Source of the DNA: Candidatus Heimdallarchaeota archaeon
Lineage (GTDB): Archaea > Asgardarchaeota > Heimdallarchaeia > Heimdallarchaeales > Heimdallarchaeaceae
Assembly (NCBI GenBank): GCA_030603365.1
Contig: JAUVXV010000013.1
Location: 68,330 to 132,329 of the forward strand
DNA length: 64,000 bases
Reading direction: 5' to 3'
The notes beneath the pieces were generated by a model, which did no database searches, had not been told where the DNA came from, and saw only the letters and a program-made list of their open reading frames with translations. The translations under genes and the position numbers were made by a program. This document shows positions 20,360 to 29,261 of the stretch, in pieces; positions within the stretch are counted from its first letter, which is position 1; each line of letters opens with the position of its first letter.

Positions 20360-20509
20360 ATGACCAACAACGAACTTTCCAGAACACTGGACCAAGAGAT
20401 CAGGGCGCTCCAAAAGGAGTTAAACGAGCTTAAAAGAGCTCGCAGAGCCCTTCGAGCTAATACACGCTCAGAACGATTGCTAACTCAGCGCATTCCCCTT
20501 GCGGGATGA
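20360..20509 (+). CDS. Arg-rich coiled-coil micropeptide A3 (49 aa)
   Basis: SD aaggtg; MTNNELSRTLDQEIRALQKELNELKRARRALRANTRSERLLTQRIPLAG; paralogue of A2 including the IPLxG C-terminus. Confidence 0.85.
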   Translation: MTNNELSRTLDQEIRALQKELNELKRARRALRANTRSERLLTQRIPLAG

Positions 20510-20556
20510 GCTGGGTCTTCAATCCCTTTCATAAAACTGAAACGGAGGTGTAAAGT

Positions 20557-20709
20557 GTGTTAAGTCTGCCCCGATTTATTTACAGAATTAAGGTTGAAAA
20601 ACCATGTGTCTATCTCTGGAGAATGCTAAGAATTGCATTACCATTGTTTGTAGCAGGTATAGTCGCAGTAATTGGTTTAGCTCCTGAATTTGCTAGAGTA
20701 GTTATATAA
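20557..20709 (+). CDS. Single-TM micropeptide B2 (50 aa, GTG start)
   Basis: SD ggaggtg; MLSLPRFIYRIKVEKPCVYLWRMLRIALPLFVAGIVAVIGLAPEFARVVI; shares the KxE(K/R)-x5-W(K/R) pattern with B1 and B3. Confidence 0.75.
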   Translation: MLSLPRFIYRIKVEKPCVYLWRMLRIALPLFVAGIVAVIGLAPEFARVVI

Positions 20710-20715
20710 AATGAA

Positions 20716-20753
20716 GAAAAGTGTCCCCCACTTTTCCTTTCATTTATTTATTT
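20716..20753 (+). terminator. Hairpin + T-rich tract after B2
   Basis: gaaaagtg-tcccc-cacttttc followed by T-rich sequence. Confidence 0.55.
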
Positions 20754-20755
20754 AC

Positions 20756-20922
20756 GATTATCATCCCATCCAAGAACTCACGCTGTTTGTATCTTGCTGA
20801 ACAGACAAACCTGCAGAGCTCACCATCTGCTTGGGATCAGGAAACAACAAACTCTTACTAACCCAGAGCTTGTGTGCTACCGTCTGTTTCCTGATCCTTT
20901 CCATTTCTTCAGGATGATAATC
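20756..20922. ncRNA. Candidate structured RNA (multi-branch, unknown family)
   Basis: Perfect 11-bp closing IR (20756-20766/20912-20922), perfect 13-bp inner IR (20834-20846/20885-20897), hairpins gtttgt/acaaac and gcaga/tctgc. Confidence 0.5.
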
Positions 20923-20975
20923 AGATTTGAACTCACTAGAGACTTAAAACATGGATCACAAAAGAGGTGTAAAAA

Positions 20976-21119
20976 ATGATTGGTAACGAAAGAAATTTTG
21001 TTCGAAGATTTAAGATAGAAAGAACACTCTCCATTACTTGGAGGTTAATCATCTACATAATTTCTTTGACAGTAATTGTTGTTACAGGGATTTTTTCCCT
21101 ATCTGTAATATCCAATTAA
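20976..21119 (+). CDS. Single-TM micropeptide B3 (47 aa)
   Basis: SD gaggtg; MIGNERNFVRRFKIERTLSITWRLIIYIISLTVIVVTGIFSLSVISN; poly-T tract follows. Confidence 0.8.
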   Translation: MIGNERNFVRRFKIERTLSITWRLIIYIISLTVIVVTGIFSLSVISN

Positions 21120-21226
21120 GAAAATATCATGATGAGAATTAGTCCTTTCATCTTTTTTTTTTTTCTTCTTCTTTATTTCTAGCAAAAGAGAGTGAAAATA
21201 AATTTCGTAGGAAGTTTATTACACTT

Positions 21227-22336
21227 TTATGGTATTAACCATTTTCCTGCCTTATAGATTTCTTTTCCATCCAAATAAATTACTGAATCTTCGCTTTTCA
21301 TATCCTTGAGTATGTCCCAGTGTATTGGTTATTCATTTTTTGAACCAACCTCTGCAAATCCTGAACCTAGTGCTAGGTGTACAGTTCCTCCCATTTTCTC
21401 ATCGAAGAGCATATTCTTTGTAAATTTCTGAATTCCGTAATTTGTTCCAATTGCTACTTCTCCTAGAATATCGGCGTTTTCCATTTCCAGAACTTTTTCC
21501 AATATCTCTTGTCCCTTTGATGCTGTATATTCAACTACCTTACCATCTTTGAACTTTAACCAAATATTTTCAACTTCTTTACCCATATAGATACCTGGAT
21601 AGGTAAAACGGATTGTCCCATTTACTGAGTCTTCGACTGGGGATGTGAATACTTCACCATCTGGTAAATTCTTATCTCCGCAAGCATTAATCCACCCTCT
21701 TCCATCGATGCTTAAAACTAAATCAGTGTCTTCTCCGACGATACGTAACTCCTTACCTTTTCTCAACACTTCTACTATTGCTTCTTGTTCTTTCTTAACA
21801 TTTAACCAATGCTCAACAGGATCTTCTTTATCTAGTGCAAGTGCCTTGTAAACAAATTCTTTGTATTCAAAAGACCCCATATTAGCTTCTTGAGCAAAAG
21901 CAGGTGAAGGATATGGACAGATTACCCAATCTAATTCTCCTGAAGCAGATCTCTCAAAATATATTTTTGTGAGTTCTTTATTTGCTTCTCTTGTCATCAT
22001 TTGTTTGTCTGGACTAATATTGGTAAGTGCTTTTCTGTTAGTGGAGCTAAATACACTGATGAATTTGTCTGCTAGTTTTATCCCCTGTAAAGCAATAGGG
22101 TTTTGATATTTTAGCTGATGCTCTTGCGCATGTGTGTAAAATAACTCATCTTGACCTGGGATAACTATCCTAATGTTTAGTATGTGTCCTCCAGTTTTAA
22201 TAACTTCCAAATCTATCTCGCGAATCAAGTCTGCTGCATCAATTCCACCTGAGAGTAGAACAGTGTTTCCTTTCTCGACTCTCACTGAATAGTTAACAAC
22301 AAGTTTTGCTAGTTTTTCATTAAAATCATCTAACAT
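21227..22336 (-). pseudogene. M29 aminopeptidase (AmpS/AmpT type) with in-frame TAA at 21329-21331
   Basis: NLPDGEVFTSP, LGEVAIG, LFDEKMGGTVHLALG. The frame resumes after the stop as PIHWDILKDM...GKWLIP and ends at 21227. Confidence 0.85.
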
Positions 22337-22499
22337 ATTTTTACCTTCCTACTACATCAAAAAGCTGAACCATTATAAGTTTTGCAGAATCAAGATATAT
22401 TATTGATTTATGTCTTTCAGAAATTTTTATGTTGTTATTACATATGCAAATATACATTAATATGTTACAAATAATAGGTACATAAGAGTGGTGAGACTT

Positions 22500-22970
22500 A
22501 TGCCCAAAATATCGAAAGCTGAACAACAATTTATACGCTCTCTCGCTAAGAAATATGTCATGAAACTTATAGTTTCTCCATTTAACGAGGGGTTGTTAAT
22601 TTATTCTGATACATATGATTCATTATATATTCGATCAGCAAGATGGAAATTCTGTTTAAAATGTGGTGAGATAGAGTCTACTGAAGAAATGTTAGATGAA
22701 CACGAATTAAAGAAAATGGGTGCTTCTGACCGAAAACAAGCACAAGAAAGAGTACATCAGTGTACAATGGGTATAAATCACTTTCCAGTGCTTATAACAA
22801 CTTCTTGGTACAAATTGAAAGACTTCTTTATGACAGACAAATATGTCAAAGCTCTTGAGAATGCAGGAGTTAAGGATATTCCATTTCAGAAGCCTATCTT
22901 TGAGAAGGTACCTATAAAGGTCAAAGCAGAAAAAGCTCGTGAAACAGTTATGCAAGATAGTACTGCTTAA
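22500..22970 (+). CDS. Zinc-binding family, copy Z3
   Basis: SARWKFCLKCG...(insertion)...HQC...FPVLITTSWYKLKDFF. Confidence 0.88.
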   Translation: MPKISKAEQQFIRSLAKKYVMKLIVSPFNEGLLIYSDTYDSLYIRSARWKFCLKCGEIESTEEMLDEHELKKMGASDRKQAQERVHQCTMGINHFPVLITTSWYKLKDFFMTDKYVKALENAGVKDIPFQKPIFEKVPIKVKAEKARETVMQDSTA

Positions 22971-23064
22971 CCACTTACTCTTTTTATATGGTGATAACAT
23001 CTCGCATAATATTTATAACTTGGTTTGCTCTAGAGAATCTAGTGGATAAAAAGAGAATACCCTA

Positions 23065-23439
23065 ATGCCTGATATTTCAAATAAAGAAAAAGAAGAAATC
23101 AGAATATTAGCTAAATGTTTTAGTGGTATTCTTTCTAAAGTTACTTTTAGGAGTGGTTCTCAGATATATTATCTTACATTCAAAAGATTGTACAAGAGAT
23201 CTGCTAGATGGAAGTATTGTCTGATTTGTGGGCTGGTAGGTTTACCAGAAGATTTCCGTAAAGAGAAACACAGATGTCCTTCAATGGTTTTTCACAATGT
23301 TCAGGTTTTGGTTTCAACTTCTTGGTTTAAATTGAAAGACTTCTTCTTAAATTCTGAATACAAAGAAGTATTAGAGGAAGTTGGGATAAATCAGAAAAAC
23401 CACATGAAAATAGATTCAAGTAATGGTTCCAAAACCTGA
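23065..23439 (+). CDS. Zinc-binding family, copy Z4
   Basis: SARWKYCLICG...HRC...VLVSTSWFKLKDFFL. Confidence 0.85.
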   Translation: MPDISNKEKEEIRILAKCFSGILSKVTFRSGSQIYYLTFKRLYKRSARWKYCLICGLVGLPEDFRKEKHRCPSMVFHNVQVLVSTSWFKLKDFFLNSEYKEVLEEVGINQKNHMKIDSSNGSKT

Positions 23440-23468
23440 TTCTTCTCTTAAGTCGCTAAAACAAAGCA

Positions 23469-23624
23469 TTTTAAAATAATACAGAGAAACTAACTCAAAG
23501 TTGAGGAAGATTAGATAATAGATAAATGCAATTTTGTTCAACAGTTTAAGAAAACTACTAATGCTAAAAATTATGAAATTGATATTATAAGACTTAGCTA
23601 TGAAAAAGAAAACAACTGATAACT
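23469..23624 (+). promoter_or_regulatory. Promoter and ~125 nt leader of DEAD-box gene 1
   Basis: ttttaaaa 23469; agttgaggaagattaga 23499-23515 is identical to 39218-39234. Confidence 0.7.
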
Positions 23625-24902
23625 ATGAAATTTAACGATTATAACATTCAAGGTGAAATTAAAAGAGCTTTGGATGAAATGGGGATACATACCCCAACAG
23701 ATATTCAAGAAAAAGCGATACCAGAAATTCTAAAGGGCGAAGATACACATATTTTGGCACAAGCTAAAACTGGAACAGGAAAAACTTTAGCTTTCGCAAT
23801 ACCTATAGTAGAATTTCTCGATCCAACACTAAGAAAAGTTCAAGCGGTTATTCTAGTTCCAACTAGAGAATTATGCAAGCAAGTATACAATGTTATTTCC
23901 AAACTGGGAAAACACAGAAGACTCAAAGCTGTGGAAGTATACGGTGGAGTTTCGATAAATAGACAAATTGAAAAAATCAAATCTGGAGCACAAATCGTAG
24001 TAGCGACACCTGGAAGATTAATAGACCTATACCATCGAAATGCTATTTCATTTGGAGCAGTGCAATTTGCAGTTCTTGATGAAGCAGATAGGATGCTTGA
24101 TATGGGGTTCCTGCCTGATGTAGATTTTATTTTATTTGATGCCATGAAAAATGTTTATCCAAGATTACTTCTTTTTTCAGCAACAATGCTTCCTGAAGTG
24201 AAAAATATCATGATGGACTATAGTTTGGATGACAAAATAGTAGAAATAGACGTTAGTAGAGATGATCTGACTGTTTCTTCTTGTAAACAATATTATTATG
24301 AAATCAAAGATACCAAGCAGAAATACAATTCATTCATTAGGCTTCTACAAAGAGAAAAACCTTCATCATGTATCGTTTTTGTGAATACTAAACGATGGGC
24401 AGATAATCTTAAGAAAAGATTGTTCAAAGATAAGAGAATCAATTTGAGGGTCGGACTTCTACAGGGAGATATGTCTCAAAGACAGCGCGAGATAGCGATG
24501 AGCGATTTTAGGAAGAAAAAAATAACATGTCTAATTGCTACAGATGTCGCTGCAAGAGGATTAGACATTCCTCATGTTTCTCATATTTTCAATTATGATT
24601 TACCTGTAGGTAACGCAGAAAACTATGTTCATCGAATAGGTAGAACATCAAGAATGGAAAGAGCTGGAATAGCAATATCTCTAGTTGACCAAGAAGAAAT
24701 GAACATGATTAGACGTATTGAAATGTTCATGAAGAAAGATATTCAAAGATTCTATTTGACTAGAGAAGAGAGAGAGCAAGATAGAAAAAAACGTCGTGGA
24801 TATCCTAGAGTGACAGAATCCAAGCAACCCAAGAAAAAACCAGCAAGCTTAGACGATGAAGAGTTTCCTGAAACTTTTGCAGATACATCAATATATGGCT
24901 AA
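23625..24902 (+). CDS. DEAD-box RNA helicase (DeaD/CsdA-like), copy 1
   Basis: AKTGTGKT, PTREL, TPGR, DEAD, SAT, ARGLD, HRIGRTSR. Confidence 0.95.
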   Translation: MKFNDYNIQGEIKRALDEMGIHTPTDIQEKAIPEILKGEDTHILAQAKTGTGKTLAFAIPIVEFLDPTLRKVQAVILVPTRELCKQVYNVISKLGKHRRLKAVEVYGGVSINRQIEKIKSGAQIVVATPGRLIDLYHRNAISFGAVQFAVLDEADRMLDMGFLPDVDFILFDAMKNVYPRLLLFSATMLPEVKNIMMDYSLDDKIVEIDVSRDDLTVSSCKQYYYEIKDTKQKYNSFIRLLQREKPSSCIVFVNTKRWADNLKKRLFKDKRINLRVGLLQGDMSQRQREIAMSDFRKKKITCLIATDVAARGLDIPHVSHIFNYDLPVGNAENYVHRIGRTSRMERAGIAISLVDQEEMNMIRRIEMFMKKDIQRFYLTREEREQDRKKRRGYPRVTESKQPKKKPASLDDEEFPETFADTSIYG

Positions 24903-24914
24903 GATTTCTTCCAT

Positions 24915-25751
24915 TTATTGATTTGTTTTTTCTATTTTTTCTTTTTGAAACAGATTCATTACAATAATGCCTGCTATAATACATCCCATTCCACCTATTT
25001 GAATAGGTAAAATACTCTCTTTAATTGCATAGGACCCAAGAATAGATGTTAATATTATACTAACTGAAGCAAAACTAAGAACAACTATGTTTGCTGGAGC
25101 CATCGTAAAGGCAAATTGCGTATAAGCTAACGTAAGTGCTGCTAATGCAAATGTAACGAATGTAAATATCAACACAAGTTCATCTATATCGGTTATTCTC
25201 TTAGAAACTGTTTGAAAAGCCATAAACGTTCCAGCGGATAACCCTAGGAGAGTTCCTTTAATCTTTGAGGGTTTTTGAAATGCAAGATAAGACAATACAC
25301 CAATCGGTATAACAAAAGCTCCTAATATTATTAAAAAGAAAATTAGGTTAAAATCAGAATATAATAATTCAGTAGGCTCTCCGTAGAAAACAGTTATCAA
25401 AACAGTTCCTGTAATGATCAAGAGGGTACCTCCAAGTTCCCATTTTGTTAATTTTTCCTTTAGAACAAAGAAAGAGAAAACTAGTAAGCTAACCAACCCC
25501 ACTCCTTCTAGAGGTGCAATAATATTTACATTAGTGTGAAAAACAGCAAGAGAAACCCAATGAAGACCTAAGAAAGAAACTGTTAGGACTGTACCAAAAA
25601 TCCAGACACCAGAATGCTTGCTTTTTAGCGTTTTATCAGTTTGCAAACCTGTTATTGCATATTTTTGGACACCCTTCCCAATGTATAATAAAATGTAAGC
25701 AATCAACCCGAGTAATATTCCAAAAAATAAATCTATATTGAAATTGCTCAT
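24915..25751 (-). CDS. DMT-superfamily membrane protein (NIPA-like)
   Basis: About nine TM segments; GKGVQKY, IIAPL, FFVLKEKL, AIKESI. Confidence 0.75.
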   Translation of the reverse strand: MSNFNIDLFFGILLGLIAYILLYIGKGVQKYAITGLQTDKTLKSKHSGVWIFGTVLTVSFLGLHWVSLAVFHTNVNIIAPLEGVGLVSLLVFSFFVLKEKLTKWELGGTLLIITGTVLITVFYGEPTELLYSDFNLIFFLIILGAFVIPIGVLSYLAFQKPSKIKGTLLGLSAGTFMAFQTVSKRITDIDELVLIFTFVTFALAALTLAYTQFAFTMAPANIVVLSFASVSIILTSILGSYAIKESILPIQIGGMGCIIAGIIVMNLFQKEKIEKTNQ

Positions 25752-25792
25752 TGAAGTTTTTGTGATTATCTTCTACATAAGTTTTTTTCAGC

Positions 25793-25999
25793 TCAAATTG
25801 TTTCTTCAGCATCTTCTAATTTTTCAAAATTGAGTCTGAAATGAGTAGAATTCAAGAACCTTTCAGGGTCCTTTTGGAAAAGAACTAGACAAGGAGAATC
25901 ACAGAAGTATAATTTCTTATTCTTGTAAACAGTTGAGACTTCCTTTGTAGGGAGATCTCCACCACAACATGTTTTTAATTTTGTAGTTTGGTTATTCAT
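25793..25999 (-). CDS. YHS/TRASH-like metal-binding protein
   Basis: TCCGG...YKNKKLYFCDSPCLVLFQKDPERFL. Confidence 0.8.
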   Translation of the reverse strand: MNNQTTKLKTCCGGDLPTKEVSTVYKNKKLYFCDSPCLVLFQKDPERFLNSTHFRLNFEKLEDAEETI

Positions 26000-26031
26000 T
26001 GAATAGTTTCACTCTTCTCTAATTATGAGTA

Positions 26032-26047
26032 TTTTGTAATTACAAAA
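26032..26047. promoter_or_regulatory. Perfect 16-bp palindrome in a divergent promoter
   Basis: ttttgtaattacaaaa between the YHS gene and the YdhR-like gene. Confidence 0.45.
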
Positions 26048-26100
26048 ATAGCTTTTAATTGACAGCTAGATTAAAAAGAGAAAACAAACATTGTATATTT

Positions 26101-26388
26101 ATGAAAGTACTAACCTTTCATTTTAGAAGTAGCAAGTCGTTTGATGAAGTAATGAAATTAGCAGAATCAAGAGAAAAACAGTACGGGGAAGTACCAGGAC
26201 TATCACAGATTGTATATATGAAAGATGAAAGAATAGATCAGTATGGAAGTATTCTTTTTTTTGATACTGAAGAAGATTTGAACAATTTTCGAACTTCAAA
26301 CTTAGCAAAAACCCTTAAAGAAGTCTATCATATATCAGGAACACCAGAGATAAGAATTTTTGATGTAATTAAGCAACTGAGCAGCTAA
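26101..26388 (+). CDS. YdhR/ABM-like dimeric alpha-beta barrel protein
   Basis: VPGLSQIVY...YGSILFFDTEEDL...PEIRIFDV pattern. Confidence 0.7.
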   Translation: MKVLTFHFRSSKSFDEVMKLAESREKQYGEVPGLSQIVYMKDERIDQYGSILFFDTEEDLNNFRTSNLAKTLKEVYHISGTPEIRIFDVIKQLSS

Positions 26389-26554
26389 GCTACAAAGTTA
26401 CATATGGATAGTTAATGCATTTCATTTTTTATCATAATTATTGGTTTTAAGTAAACATTATCTGTCTACAGTGAATGAGTAGGAAATTCCAACGAAAAAA
26501 CTATTAAGCTATGAATAACTAATATAAACAGTTTACATTTATCAATGTGAGTAT

Positions 26555-28498
26555 ATGAAAGGGGTATTCTATACTGAATTAAGAGAAATCGAACAACACA
26601 TTCTTAGTAGTAAGTATAAAGAATCTTTGAAAAAATTGGATGGTCTTTTGAATAGAAACGAACTACTTGAAGAAGAAATTATTCAAGCAAAAATCCTTAA
26701 AGCAAGAATATTTCTTGATATTCAGCCGTTTTCTGAAGCTTTGACTAATGCAAAACAAGCATATGAGTCAAGTGTCAAAATTGATGATATCTTTCTAATT
26801 TTCGATTCAGCTCTTGTTTATAGTAAAACCTTAGGTTACTTAGGATCAAATAGTTTAGCTAGAGAAAAAACAAATCACGCAATAGAAGTTTTAGAAAAGT
26901 ACCAAGATAAAGAATCACTTGGATATCTCAAAAGAAAAGCCAACATCCTCACAACTAGGTTTAGCAGCACATCAGAAGAATATTTGGATAATTTAAATCA
27001 TGCTATTGACATATCTGATCAAGTAGAAGATGATTTTCAAAAAGCTTGGTATCTATTTTCCAAAGCTGATGTTTTTCTGAATCAAGGAAATTACACACGA
27101 AGTGAACATTGTTATGAACAAAGTTTGAGTATTTTTACAAACTTAGGCTATAAGATGGGGATCATAGCCTGTTCTACTAATATTGCAGCGGGTTTTCTTC
27201 AAAGAGGAGAACTTGACGAATATCTTAGATACTCATTAAAAGGATTATCATATGCAGAAGAGATTGATTCTTCTTATGCTTTAGGAGGTATATACGCTGA
27301 TTTAGGTTTTTACTATTGGCAAAAAGGGGAATTGGAAACCTCATTACAATATTATGATAAATCAATTGTGCAAATAACAAAAGGAAAACACTTTGGAAAT
27401 ATACACTACATTGCAGTTAATTTCAGAATGAATTTAGTTTTTCTTGAACAAGGTAAATACGAAAAAATAAACCAGAACCTAGAAAAAATGGAAATTGTTG
27501 CATCATTAAACAGTATCCAGGATAGAAGTGGTAAATATCCCTTTATGCTTATTTACATGCTTGCTAAAACTATTTATCTCAAAGCTACTTCTTTTGATGA
27601 TAATCAAGATGAAATTGAAAGAATGCTGAAGGAGATTGTTAAAGAGAAGTTGATTTATATTGAAATGAACCGTCTAGCTTTATTTCATTTATGTGATTTT
27701 TATCTCCAAAGATTAAAACAAACTAATGATATTGAATTAATAGACCCTATCAAACAAACTATAGACCAACTGGATAAACTAGCAGAAACACAAAAATCTT
27801 CCATCTTACTTGCAGAAACATACTTGCTTAAATCTCATCTAGCACTAATTGAGCTTGAAGTTGAAGAAGCAAAAGTAATGCTAGAAAAGGCTCAGCAAAT
27901 TGCAGAAGACAAAGGTATAATTCGTTTAGCAACACTAATTTCCAATGAATATGATCATTTTCTAGAACAAATAACTAGATGGGAAAGTTTCACTACTAAA
28001 CTTCCAAACATTGCAGATCGTATGGAGTTAACTCACTTAGAGGATATGATGAATAAATTAGTCAAAAATAGAATAAGCTTTGCAGATGTATCTCAAGAAA
28101 ACGAAGATCCAAGTATTTTTCTCATTATGGATAAGACGGGTCATGTTATTTTTTCAGATAATTTTGAAGACATACCTTTAGAGCCAGATGTGACTGAAGG
28201 GATAATTTCTACCGTCCATGACTTCTTAGAAGAAAAAGAACATGAAAAGAATATGATGCACCGTCTAAAATTTAGGACTTTCAGTATAGTTCTTCATCAA
28301 AGTGAGGATTTGATACTCTGTTATGTTTTTGTTGGTAAATCCTATTCGGCTCTCAAGAAGTTTAGGAAACTCATAAATGATATTATAACATTTTCAAATA
28401 TTTGGGAAGACTTACATGTCAAAGTAAAAGCTAAAGAAGAATTAAGTTTGAGTGATAGAACAAAATTGTCAGATTATCTAGAATCAATCTTTGTTTAA
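26555..28498 (+). CDS. TPR-repeat protein with C-terminal longin/roadblock-like alpha/beta domain, copy 1
   Basis: TPR helices (LGFYYWQKGELETSLQYY), LEKAQQIAEDKG, C-terminal FLIMDKTGHVIFS...LCYVFVGKSY. Confidence 0.82.
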   Translation: MKGVFYTELREIEQHILSSKYKESLKKLDGLLNRNELLEEEIIQAKILKARIFLDIQPFSEALTNAKQAYESSVKIDDIFLIFDSALVYSKTLGYLGSNSLAREKTNHAIEVLEKYQDKESLGYLKRKANILTTRFSSTSEEYLDNLNHAIDISDQVEDDFQKAWYLFSKADVFLNQGNYTRSEHCYEQSLSIFTNLGYKMGIIACSTNIAAGFLQRGELDEYLRYSLKGLSYAEEIDSSYALGGIYADLGFYYWQKGELETSLQYYDKSIVQITKGKHFGNIHYIAVNFRMNLVFLEQGKYEKINQNLEKMEIVASLNSIQDRSGKYPFMLIYMLAKTIYLKATSFDDNQDEIERMLKEIVKEKLIYIEMNRLALFHLCDFYLQRLKQTNDIELIDPIKQTIDQLDKLAETQKSSILLAETYLLKSHLALIELEVEEAKVMLEKAQQIAEDKGIIRLATLISNEYDHFLEQITRWESFTTKLPNIADRMELTHLEDMMNKLVKNRISFADVSQENEDPSIFLIMDKTGHVIFSDNFEDIPLEPDVTEGIISTVHDFLEEKEHEKNMMHRLKFRTFSIVLHQSEDLILCYVFVGKSYSALKKFRKLINDIITFSNIWEDLHVKVKAKEELSLSDRTKLSDYLESIFV

Positions 28499-28899
28499 TT
28501 ATTCAAAAGCGTTGAACTTTGTTTAAGGACAGTATCAAACTTTCTTTCCAATATCTCTTTTTGTTCCGGTGTGGCTTCTGAAAGAAGCTCAATATAAAAT
28601 TTCTTTGCTTGCTTAATCATCTCTTTAGTTGCATCCATTCTATCTCTTAGAGGTCTATTTTCTAATTCAGCAATTGTTATTCTGCGCATCTTTTGCCAGT
28701 TGCTCATAACCTTCCAAGTAAAACTTTTAACAGCTGTTTCAGGTAATGAAACAAGCTCTTTTGTGATTTTTGTTATGGAGTCAACCATATCCTGTTGAGC
28801 AGGATCCAACTGAAGTTTTTTGTATTCTTCTTCAGCTTTAGTTATTTCTTCTTGGTTAAATTCCAACTCCATAGTTTCAGTAGTCATAATATTCACCAT
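28495..28899 (-). CDS. Hypothetical helical protein
   Basis: 134 aa ORF, convergent on TPR copy 1 with a 4-bp overlap. Confidence 0.75.
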   Translation of the reverse strand: MVNIMTTETMELEFNQEEITKAEEEYKKLQLDPAQQDMVDSITKITKELVSLPETAVKSFTWKVMSNWQKMRRITIAELENRPLRDRMDATKEMIKQAKKFYIELLSEATPEQKEILERKFDTVLKQSSTLLNN

Positions 28900-29261
28900 G
28901 TCTTTTGAGTCAATTACATGTAGAGATTTCCCTATAAGTAATGTACGATGAAATTAAATGCTTTTATATTTTATTTTAGGAGCAAAAAAAAGGAAATATG
29001 TCGGGTTTAGGGGACTAAGAATAATTTTTTAAGAACAAATATTGTTATATGTGTCATCGATTAATACACTTGAGAACAAAGGGTGATTTGATTGGCATAC
29101 TCATTTGTTGTCTTTCTGTTTTCATCTCACATACACAAAACTCCTGTCTGAATAAAGAATCTTGTGGTGGTCTTTGCTAAACTAGTCTGCTTCCATATGT
29201 ATGCATAAATATTAAAAACTGTAAACTTAATTGTCTTGCGTATAATGGCAGTTAGTGTAAG

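Noticed and set aside
20880-20922. Hammerhead ribozyme on the minus strand (CUGAAGA...GAAA)
   Set aside because: No proper stem II and no NUH next to the stem I partner strand.
20794-20979. 61 aa track ORF
   Set aside because: No SD and no motif; it overlies the inverted-repeat structure and B3's SD.
19283-21119. B peptides as SNARE/synaptobrevin homologues (RRKMK before a TM)
   Set aside because: Only ~22 residues precede the TM, far short of a SNARE motif; the similarity is compositional.
17731-23439. Provirus or integrated plasmid
   Set aside because: No integrase, capsid, packaging ATPase, replication gene or att repeats seen; paralogues are interspersed with host genes.
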